From a virus, in the IMG/VR virus record IMGVR_UViG_3300045534_000133, positions 8,326 through 72,325 of that record: 64,000 nt of DNA. One strand, written 5' to 3'. This document shows, piece by piece, positions 19,934 to 29,400 of this stretch (positions are counted from its first letter, which is position 1; each line of letters starts with the position of its first letter). The translations under genes and the position numbers were made by a program. A model generated the notes under the pieces. It did not search any database, was not told where the DNA came from, and saw only the letters and a list, made by a program, of their open reading frames with translations.

Positions 19934-20917
19934 TTAGGAAACGGCGTCCTTGAAGAAGTAGCCCAGCTTGTTGCCGATCAGCTTCTGGGCAAAAGCCATC
20001 TCGATCTCGACGCGGTCGGACTTGAGTTGTTCCATGCGGAACGAACGGATACGGCCGCCGCGCGCACCGGCACCGAGGTGGCCAGTCCACGAGAAAGTGT
20101 AGCCAGCCGACGCGGTTTCGAGACCGGGCTCCGGCGCGCAGTAGGCGAACATGGCATGCTTGCCGCCGATGAAGGCGTGGACGGCCGTTTGGCCTTCCTT
20201 GGCCGTGTTCTCCACCGCGTTCATCACCTCGATCGTTTCGATCTCGAACAGGGCAGCCAGAGCAGCCTTGCTGGCCATGGCCGGGGCACCCGGGGTCTGG
20301 CCGTACTTCACGCGGTCGATCACATCGGGGTGGTCCAGCAGGGCGTCATAGACGGCCCGGCCCAGAACCAGCTTGTTGGGCTCGAAGCCGGTTTCCTGCA
20401 TCATCTCGCGCTTGGCGCGGCGCACGTCCTCGATCGGAGTCGAGGCGGCGTCATCCCAGCGACGGAACTGGGTGCCGGTTTCGCCGGACGCGACACCGGC
20501 CCGCTCGAATCCCCAGACGCCGGTTGCGAAGAAGCTGGTAACGAACAGTTTCTCGCGCTTGATCAGCGCCTTGTTGGTCACGAAGATCGTGGCGTGACGA
20601 TCGGGGGCCAGAACGCTGTCGGCGTTGGCGCGAACTTGGTCGTCGATATCCTTGTGGAAAGCGTAGACCGGCGCGTAGTACTGATCGGTCCCCAGACGGA
20701 AGCCGCCACCCTCGGACTCGGTGCCGGGCGCCCGCACTTTCATTTCGTCGCGGTTGAAGTCGCCCTGATTGAAGGTCCAGAACAAGTCCGACTGCTTCTG
20801 GACCGGAATGTTCGGGAAAATGCTGTCAGCGACGAAGTTGGTCGCGTTCTGCATGTAGGCGACGCTGATGTTGGTCAGCGGAGTGTTGACGTGCACGTCA
20901 CCGGGAGTCGGGTTCAT
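19934..20917 (-). CDS. major capsid protein
   Basis: 'DVHVNTPLTNISVAY', 'PNKLVLG', 'LLDHPDVIDRVKY', 'SAGYTFSW', 'GYFFKDAV'. Confidence 0.9.
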   Translation of the reverse strand: MNPTPGDVHVNTPLTNISVAYMQNATNFVADSIFPNIPVQKQSDLFWTFNQGDFNRDEMKVRAPGTESEGGGFRLGTDQYYAPVYAFHKDIDDQVRANADSVLAPDRHATIFVTNKALIKREKLFVTSFFATGVWGFERAGVASGETGTQFRRWDDAASTPIEDVRRAKREMMQETGFEPNKLVLGRAVYDALLDHPDVIDRVKYGQTPGAPAMASKAALAALFEIETIEVMNAVENTAKEGQTAVHAFIGGKHAMFAYCAPEPGLETASAGYTFSWTGHLGAGARGGRIRSFRMEQLKSDRVEIEMAFAQKLIGNKLGYFFKDAVS

Positions 20918-20991
20918 CGTAGGTGCCCCCCTTCGGGCTAATCTTGGGCCAGCGCCCGGTTACGTTTCAGTTGAGGCCGTCAGACTCCCGC

Positions 20992-21357
20992 TTACGCGGG
21001 AAGCTGCTTGCCGGAGGTGGTGGTGACGAGGACTTGGAAAATGTCGCCAGCGGCGGCGGCCTCCATGGCCCGGGCGACAACCCAGACGCTGGCACCGGTG
21101 GCCGTGACGAGCGCGCCAGAGCCGTTGCTCATCAGATCAGCGTCCTTGGCGATGTTGCCGCCAGCGACAGCCTTGGACAGGTGTTCGGTGCAGACGGTGG
21201 CGGCTTGGCCGCTGGCCGGGTTGTTCTGCAGGATGCCCAGCGCCTTGGCACCGTTGGCGCACACGGCACCAGCGTTGGTGACGGCGCGGAACTGCTGCGC
21301 GGCCAGATCGGCCGAGGCGATGACGGTGATGTTGCCCTTGGGATTGGCGGTGGTCAT
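20992..21357 (-). CDS. capsid decoration/cement protein
   Basis: Small Ala/Gly beta protein ending 'AMEAAAAGDIFQVLV', just upstream of the capsid gene. Confidence 0.75.
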   Translation of the reverse strand: MTTANPKGNITVIASADLAAQQFRAVTNAGAVCANGAKALGILQNNPASGQAATVCTEHLSKAVAGGNIAKDADLMSNGSGALVTATGASVWVVARAMEAAAAGDIFQVLVTTTSGKQLPA

Positions 21358-21401
21358 GGGTCCGTTCCTTAAAAATCAGAGAGATGAGGGCGGAGCCCGG
21401 G

Positions 21402-22454
21402 TTATTGGCCAGCCATCGCGGCGCCAGCGCGGCGCTTGGCCACGATCTGGCCGTACAGGGCGGGGTTGGCGTCGAGCGCGAGGTCGTAGGCTTGGGCTGC
21501 CGAGAGTTCCGGGCGAGCCTTGCGAACTTCGTCCGCCTTGGCCTGCAGGGCAGCCTCGGGGTCGTCCTCGCCGTCAGTACCCTCGGCGACGGCGACACCG
21601 TAGGACTTCATCAGCCCCTTGGCCGCCTTGTTCGTGTCGGCGGCGGAGTACATCGCCTTCTCGACGATGGCGAGCGCATCAGCATCGGCCGCGCGCAGGG
21701 TGCGCAGAGCCTTGCCGACGGCCTCCGGGTCCGCCAAGCCCATCTTGCGGGCCTTGGCCACCTCGGCCTCGTTGTCGCGGGCCTCGCGATCGGCGCGGTT
21801 CTGGACGAACTCGGCGCGCAGGTGTTCCGGCAGGCCCTTGAGAACGACCTCGTCCTGCTCGGCTTGCGTCGGGGCGGGCTTCGACTTGGCGATCTGCTCG
21901 TCCTTGGCGGCCAAAGCGGCGTTGGCCTCGGCCAGAGCGGCCTCGGCAGCCGCAGCACGGCCCTTGGCCACGTTCGTTTCGCCGTTCAGGACTTCAACGC
22001 GGGCCTCAAGGGCGGCGTAGGCGGTGTTCAGTTCCTTGAGGTCCACGACGCTCTCCATAACCATCGACGCGACAGTGTTTGCCGCTGATTTCGCAACCGG
22101 AGAACCGCCGGTTTCGGCTTCGGTCATCAGGCTCGCCACCATGGCATCGCCTTGGGCCAGAAAGTCAGAGACGCTGATCGAGGAGGCTTCAAGCTGTTCG
22201 ACCAGATCGGCGTAGGGCTTGAGTCCCTTCTCGATCAGTTCGGCTTCCGAAACTTGGGCGCCCCCGGGGTGCCACTGACCTTCACTTCGGTCCCGGTTGT
22301 CATACGATTCGTGCGTCTCGGACAGACCCCCTTTGCGAGCCTTGATCACCACAACGTCGGAACCGGGCACGCAGGCCTCGTCCACCAGCGACAGTTCGCC
22401 GATACGCAGGCGCTTGAACACGCGCTTGATTTTCGTCGGAAGTTCCTCGGTCAT
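21402..22454 (-). CDS. capsid scaffolding protein
   Basis: N-terminal 'LRIGELSLVDEAC', coiled-coil body with many [VIL]-x-K sites, C-terminal 'AQAYDLALDANPALY'. Confidence 0.7.
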   Translation of the reverse strand: MTEELPTKIKRVFKRLRIGELSLVDEACVPGSDVVVIKARKGGLSETHESYDNRDRSEGQWHPGGAQVSEAELIEKGLKPYADLVEQLEASSISVSDFLAQGDAMVASLMTEAETGGSPVAKSAANTVASMVMESVVDLKELNTAYAALEARVEVLNGETNVAKGRAAAAEAALAEANAALAAKDEQIAKSKPAPTQAEQDEVVLKGLPEHLRAEFVQNRADREARDNEAEVAKARKMGLADPEAVGKALRTLRAADADALAIVEKAMYSAADTNKAAKGLMKSYGVAVAEGTDGEDDPEAALQAKADEVRKARPELSAAQAYDLALDANPALYGQIVAKRRAGAAMAGQ

Positions 22455-22876
22455 TTCGCCACCGTTGGGTGAAAGCTGCCCCTGCCGCCAAGGCTGAACC
22501 CCTTGAGTTCGCCCCGGACAACCCTGCTTTTGGCGACCGGGCAGTGCACCTCCATGCCCGCCCACCAGCCGCGTTTCTTGTGCGTGATGCCCATGGCCTT
22601 GGCAAAATCATCGTCGATCAGGACGGACTCAACGATCGCGCCGGTCTGCTTGCCGTCGTGCATCACCTTGGCGACGCGTTCTCCAGCCATGAACTCATGC
22701 ACGGCAGTTCGCAGGACCGGCATCGGGCAGACCTCGCCATCCCAGTCCACGTTCACCGGGCGGCCATCGTCGGAGGTTACACAGGCCCAGCCGCGCACGA
22801 ACGAACCGTCCGGCGCAGCCTTCTCGATCTCAAAGTAGAGATGCAGGTCGTCGTCGGTGTCGGTGCCGTCAGTCAT
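22451..22876 (-). CDS. XkdF-like prohead serine protease
   Basis: 'VRGWA', 'VDWDGE', 'KVMH', 'IVES', 'GELKGFSLGG'. Confidence 0.8.
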   Translation of the reverse strand: MTDGTDTDDDLHLYFEIEKAAPDGSFVRGWACVTSDDGRPVNVDWDGEVCPMPVLRTAVHEFMAGERVAKVMHDGKQTGAIVESVLIDDDFAKAMGITHKKRGWWAGMEVHCPVAKSRVVRGELKGFSLGGRGSFHPTVAK

Positions 22877-22938
22877 GCCGCCCCCGGCCGTAGCTACGGG
22901 GACAGACCCCGATTCAGGGGGCGACTATGGCACGGGAT

Positions 22939-23439
22939 TCAGTCGGCGGACAGAGGCAGGCGGAGGATGGCGTAGACCGACTCCTCAATCATCACGTCGA
23001 GGGCGAACTGGGCTTGCTCGTCGTCCATGCCGTTTTCATGCTTCACCATCAAGTCGAACATGTCACCGGCCAGCCTCGACCAGTAGGCCTGCATGGCCTC
23101 CTCGGGCTCACCAGCGATGCCCACGCTGTCGCCAAAGCCGTACCCCATCTGGTCGGGGCTGTTCCATGGCGTCGTGGCGTAGTCCGGGTTCCGGCCATAG
23201 AAAATGTCGGTCATGGCCTTGGCTTCGGCCTCCACGAACGCCTCGGGGGCCTCGGCTTTGCCTGTTTCGAGATACTTGCGGCGGTAGCCCACCAACCGCG
23301 TTCCAAACGCCCGGACGACAGACTCCACACCCTCGATCGTGTTGAGGGCAGGCCTGTCATCCCCAAGGACCGGCAAGTCCTTGAGGATGATATCGGGCCG
23401 CACTTCGGCGCTGCCGCCGGGATTGGACGAGTCTGTCAT
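22939..23439 (-). CDS. acidic hypothetical protein (candidate immunity or partner of the upstream effector)
   Basis: 166-aa D/E-rich ORF with GAGG RBS, 32 nt after the giant gene. Confidence 0.55.
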   Translation of the reverse strand: MTDSSNPGGSAEVRPDIILKDLPVLGDDRPALNTIEGVESVVRAFGTRLVGYRRKYLETGKAEAPEAFVEAEAKAMTDIFYGRNPDYATTPWNSPDQMGYGFGDSVGIAGEPEEAMQAYWSRLAGDMFDLMVKHENGMDDEQAQFALDVMIEESVYAILRLPLSAD

Positions 23440-23471
23440 GGCCTCAACGTAACCCCTGCCGCTTCAAATAG

Positions 23472-26400
23472 CTATAGCTTGGTGAGAAGGCTGTTTTTGT
23501 GCGGCGGCAGCAGCGTCACCTCGATCTCAAAGTGGTTGCCCATTTTCTTTGTCCCCAGCAGCACCATGCGAGCGCCGGGCAGAGAAGTCAGTTCCGCCTC
23601 GCTGTCGTAACTGTAGCCGGAGCCCTTGTAGGTCGGCATCATCTTGGCCCCCTTGGCCGCGCGATAGACGATGCGGGCCCGGGTTTTGGGGTCGGAGCCC
23701 GCAAAGCCGGAGGTAGACGTTGGCGACATGCTGTTGCAAGCGCTGCCCGGGTTCTGCAGCACAGTCCCTACTGGCGCTGACAGCAGGGCCGCCTGCATGT
23801 TCGGCTCGACGCGCAGCCACTTGTAGACCGTCGAGCCCTCCGGCAGTTCCACGGCGTCCTTGTGCATGGCGACGTTTGCGGCAACGAGGTCAATGCTGCC
23901 GTGCGTCGTCTTGCCCTGATTGTAGGCATCATTGATGGCGCCAGAGCCCTGCACCGAGTTCATAAATTGCTTGGACAGGGGTGAGGCCTTTTCGCGCAGA
24001 CCCGGGATGCTGTTTTTGAACGAGGCGGGCACCGTCTCGGTGATCGGAGCCTTGGGCAGAAAGTCGGCGCGCTCGCCCTGAACCTGCCCAAGGGCCATCC
24101 AGAAGCCGACGCGCTGGTTCATCGGCATCTGCTTCACCGTCGTCAGCAGGGGCGCCGTCGGGAACGCCTCTGCAATCTTGGCCAGAGAGGCTTTCTTGAT
24201 CGTCTTGGCAGGGACCAGCGGTTTGGGCGGGTTGAACTTGTCGTCCACCGCCTTCATCGTGTCGGACCAGTACCCCTGCATCTTCATTGAGGGGTGAGCC
24301 GAAAACTCTAGCTGCTTGCCCGTCAGTGTGCCCTCGGCGTCGTCAATATGCTCCGGGTACGTCAGGCCTTTCAGCTTGGTCAGGTTGCCTTCGAGGGCAG
24401 CAGCCTCAATCGCATCGACGCTCTGTTGGTTGACCGTGTTTTTCCACGCCTTGGAGGACTTGTCGAAAGTGGGCTTGGGAGGCAGATCGGCCTTCGTGAT
24501 CACCACCTTTTTCGGCTTGGCGGGCGTCGGCTCGACAACCTCAACCACCTCCTCGATCTCGTCGGCGGCAGCAGCGTTCTCGGCAGCACCGGTTAGGGCC
24601 GGGTGGGCCAGCTTTTTCTGCCCCGGGACCACCTTGTGCGGAGAGCCCAGCGCGGCCAGCGCATTGTTCGCCAGCGCAGCCTGCTTTTTGCCGTAGGTGT
24701 TGGTGCCGTAGTTCAGACCGAGGATGCCGGACTTGTTGCCGACATTGGCCAGCTTCTCGATCAGGTCGACCTTGGCGTTGTGGCTGGACGCGTTTGAGTT
24801 CGAGGCGTCCAGCTTGGCCGCCGCGAAGTCGGGCAGGGCGGGCTTCACGGTGTCTGCCGTCAGTTCCGCATACAGGGCGTCGGTGTCGACCGCGCCTTTC
24901 GCCTTTTTCCCGGTGGCGATCTCCCAGTTGGTGGCCATCGCCTTCGCGTAAGCGTTTATGGCCGTGGTGTTCGGCATGCCCGCATCGAGTTCGGTGCCAT
25001 ACAATGTCCCGGCGAGCGCCTTGGCATGTGTCGAGGCCACCGCTCCCGGCCCGCCCGGCCCGTACTTGCTTTGCAGCCACGAAATGCCTTCGGAATAAGC
25101 GTCACCCGGCAGGGTCGGAGGCAGCGGCTGGATGCCATTGCTGCCCAGACGGACAGCCTGCTTGGCGTAGTACTCCGCGCTGATCATGTCGAAGACCACA
25201 GAGGGGGCACCCGACGCGGTCTTTTCGCCCCACTTCGGCGTCACACCGGCCAGCACGTCATGATAGGTGGCCAGCGCCTTGCCGTAGCCGCCCAGAGCAA
25301 CACCTTGCGTGCTGGCTTTGTCGTAAAGATTGTCATTCAAAATGAGTTCGTGAGTGCTTTTTGACGGCGGGAAACCCTCTATGTATTTCTTTTTCAGCCA
25401 GTTCACGTCTTCCGTGTTGCCGTGCATCCCGGGCCCTTTGGGCGCGGTTGGCATCAATCCGTCCTGCGCATCCATGACCGCCAGTTCGGCGTATTCTTGG
25501 GCCGACTTCATGTCGGTGATCTCGGGGTAGCCGGATGATGCGGCCGAAGGTGTGCTGGCCAGCGAGACGCCAGCCGCCATCGTGGTAACGCCGGGCTTGC
25601 CGGTGCCGAACTTGTTGTTGGCCTCCTCAAACTCGCTGGCGGTGTAGAGGTACTTCGCGATGGCGTCTGGTATCTGGGCGATGCTCGCCGGGCTGATGCC
25701 GTCGTGAAACGCCGCAAGCTGGCCGTAGTAGGCCGCCACCTTCATGGCATCCCACTTCGTCTTCCCGTCGGTGTTCATGGCGTTCGTCAGCCATGTGTTG
25801 TTCAGCATGCTCAACATCGGCTTGGCGGCCAAGGTCGCCTTGCCCATGGCCTGCTCGTCGGCCTGTATCGTCGCGATCGACTCGGCGGCCTTCCCGCCGG
25901 GCGACACCACTGGCGGCTCGGCGACGAACGCGCCAGTCTTGGCCGCCACGTCGTACATCGTGCTGGACGCAGCCTGCGGGGCGTCGCTCGCGGCCGGAAG
26001 GTTCATCGGGGCGAGGTTGGCCTTGGCCAGAATCTGGTCCCGGCGTGCCATCAGTTTCGAGGCCAGCTTCTGCTTGGTGTTCTGGCCGTCGTCCACCCAG
26101 TAGGCATCCACCAGCGCGGTGATCTTCTCGTCGGTCATGCCCTTGAGCGCTTCGGCGGAGTCCTGCAGGCCGGTGGCGTTCATGCTGCCAAACAGACCAG
26201 CCGCATCCGCGTTTTTGGCCGGGTCGCGCATCGTTTCCCAGTCCGGTGCACCGGCAGTGAACTCCATGGCCGTCTTCGGTTGGCCTTGGGCGCGGTACAG
26301 CAGGGCGCCGCCCGGGTCGATGTTCACCACCTCGCCGTCTGGCGTCACCAGCAGGTTGTCGCCGCCCATGCCCACCACATCCCAGTTCCCCAGCCACGCA

Positions 26401-29400
26401 TGGACCGCGAACTGCTGCTTGGCCTTGGACCGTTGGCCGGGGGTGCTGATCTTCTGCAGCCCCTCAACCCACTTTGTGGCCACACCCAGACCGCCACCAT
26501 ACTTGCCGCCGAGATCGACCAGCTTGTACTCGGGCGCGGGGATGCCAGCAGCCTCCATCAGTTTGGACGCCAGCACCTCGTTGCGGGCCCGGGCGTCGTC
26601 CTTGCCCTGCAGGTTGCCTTTCACCAGCCACTTCTGGCCGTCGGCGTCCTCGTAGAGGCCCTTGGGAGCCGTGCCGCCGATGCCGTCGCTCTTGATCAGG
26701 GTCCAGCCCGAGATGGACTGCGGCCCCAGCTTGCCGTCGATCACTTTGGCCGACTGGGCCGCCATGCCTTTCCCTTGCCACACGAACATCAGTTCCATGG
26801 CGTACTGCCCGACCTGCGCCTTCCACTTCGTGTGGGAGTTCGTCTTCACGTTCGGATTGAAGGCATCCATGATCGCGAAGTTCTTTTTGTAGAGCGCTGC
26901 AGCCGGGGCAATATCGCCCTTCACAGCAGCATCGAAGACCGCCTTCATCTGGTTATAGTAGGTCGCGTTCGCGCCCGGGCCGGAGCCGTCCTTTTTCCAG
27001 CCGATCTTGGGCGGAGCCGGGTAGCCCCCGGAACCGCCACCTTGGTCCTTGAACTGGCCGCCCAGCGGCGTGCCCTTGGGCCAGCGGTCAACCTTGCTCT
27101 CGTCGAACTTTTTGCGGACCTTCACTCCAGTGAGGTCTTCAAGCGCCTCTACAATCGGGTGGTCCGTGTATCCGTTGTTCAGCCATGTGCGCAGCGTCGA
27201 GACGGGCGCCAGCCGGACAGCCTGCGACTCCCAGCCCATGCGGGCAGGGCTGCCGCCGACGCGCTTGGCCAGATACATGCGGGCCGTTGACGTGGTGCGC
27301 TCGAAGTCGCCCAGAACGCCGGTGATCTCCACCTGCAGACCAGACTCCTCGAACGCTTCCTTGATGGCGTTCGCCTGCAGGCTCGGCACGTCGTCTTCGT
27401 AGGTGCCCTTGGGGAACGTCTGGCGGTAGCCGCCAAAGCCGTTCGTGGGGCTCACAATCCAGACCCGGCCGTCCTCCTCCTGCACGATCACGCCAGCGCC
27501 GATGTTTTTCCCCTTTGGGGCCGTCAGTTCTGGCAGCATGGCTTCAACGGCCGGGTTCTGGCCCGGCACCTTCACCCACTCGGCCGCCGTCTGGGGCGGC
27601 TTGTAGGCCAGCTTCGTGGGGATGCCCTGCAGCACGGCAGGGGCCGGGCTGTTTGGGGTAAACGTCGCCGTGGCGTCCGGGTCGTTCCACACCACCTCGG
27701 GGCTGGCCTTGGACGGGTATTTGACCCAGACCTCGCCACCGTCATCATCGGTGTGCGGGTGCTTCACAGCGCTCGACGGCAGAGAGTACGACTTGTCGGC
27801 ACCAGTGTCGGTTTTCCCGGTCCACTTCGGGCCGGTCTTCGGGCCGTCGAACGGCTTCGTGATGCCGTTGAAATCAAGCGGGTGCTTTGCCTTCGGCTTC
27901 GGCGTGTCGAACAGCGGACCGCTGCTCCACGTCACCTTGGGCTTCGGCGCAGCATCAGACCCGGGCTTCGGCTGGAACTTGCCACCGTCCGGGTGGCCCT
28001 TTGGGGCCCGGGGGTGCATCCACGACTGCCACAGGCCCTTGATGCCCTTGCGCACGCGCTCGATCGCGCTCGGCTCGACGGCAGGCTCAACGGGCTCGCT
28101 GGCCATCGAAAGGGCCATAGCGAAGGCGTCCATCTCGGCACGCAGAGTGCCGGGCTTGGCCTTGGTGATGCCTACGCCTTGGGGGCGGCGGGCTTTGCGC
28201 CCTTCGGCTCGGGCGAGGTATTTGCCGACGAGGGTGGTCGCTTCACTCCGAAGACGACCAGCGGCTTGGCGAAGGGGTGCGGCCCCTTCCGTGGCACCAC
28301 TGGCATAGTCGTATTCCTTTTTGTCAGGGAAGGCCGAATAGGCCTCGTCGGTCGAAATGTCGTATTTACGCTCAAGCTGTGCGTCGATCAAGTCCGCCAG
28401 CTTATCCGTCGGCACACCGCTGTAGTTCAGCACGATCATCTGCCCGTCAGCAGTCGAGTGACCGCCAATCAGGGGTTCGCCATCCTCGCCCTTAATCGCC
28501 CAGAGGCGGTCATACAGGGTGGAAACAGAGGCCAGATCGCGCTCGCTTTCCGGCAGTTCGATCGTGACGATGCCGACCGGCTCCATGCCTTCGGCGGCGG
28601 TTTCGGAAACCACCATCATGCTGTCCTGTGACAGCGCGAAGCCCAGCACCTTGGAGAGTTCGATGGCCTTGGCCGGGTCATCGACGCGAACCGACAGGCT
28701 CGGGTTCGTCGCACCCAGATAGCCGCCGATCTGCTCCGAAAACTCACCCTTGCTGCCGACAGCCTCCAGCGCTTTCGGGACCAGATCGGCCGAAACCGAC
28801 TGGCTGATCTCGAACTTGTCGGCGTCGTCCAGAGCGTTCCAACGTGCCGTCAGACCCGCATCGTTCGGGTCCGGCGCCACCTCGAAAAACACCTTGGCGT
28901 CAGGGTTGCCCCCTATGCCTTGGGAGCCTCCAGCGGTCGTTTGCGGAGCGACACCTGCCCCTCCCGCATCCATTTGGCCCGGGCCTCCATCCGTTCCTCC
29001 GCCGCCGGGCCGTAGGGCCCGTCCCGCCACGAGGTTTTTGACGCCGATGGATTCGGTGATGCGCTCGGAGCCTTGGGGTCCGTTAACGTCGATTTCGGCA
29101 TAGCCGTCCGCCTCTCCCTTGATGGTCTGATATGTGGTTTTGGGCTTGTCGCCGATCGAGGCGAAGTAGCCGGGGTCGATCAGCCGCCCGGTTTTCAAAT
29201 AGCGCGCGGCCATGCGGCGCGCAGCCTCGTCAGGAGTCACCATGACGTGCAACAGCTCGACCGTATAGCCTTCGGATTGGTAGTCGTCAATAAGCCCGGC
29301 CAGTTTTTCTCGGTTGTGGCCGACGACCGGGTAAATGATGTTGGCGCCGCTGGCGCGCAGTTCCATCCCGACAGCATCGCTGATGAACTTGGACTCTTCG

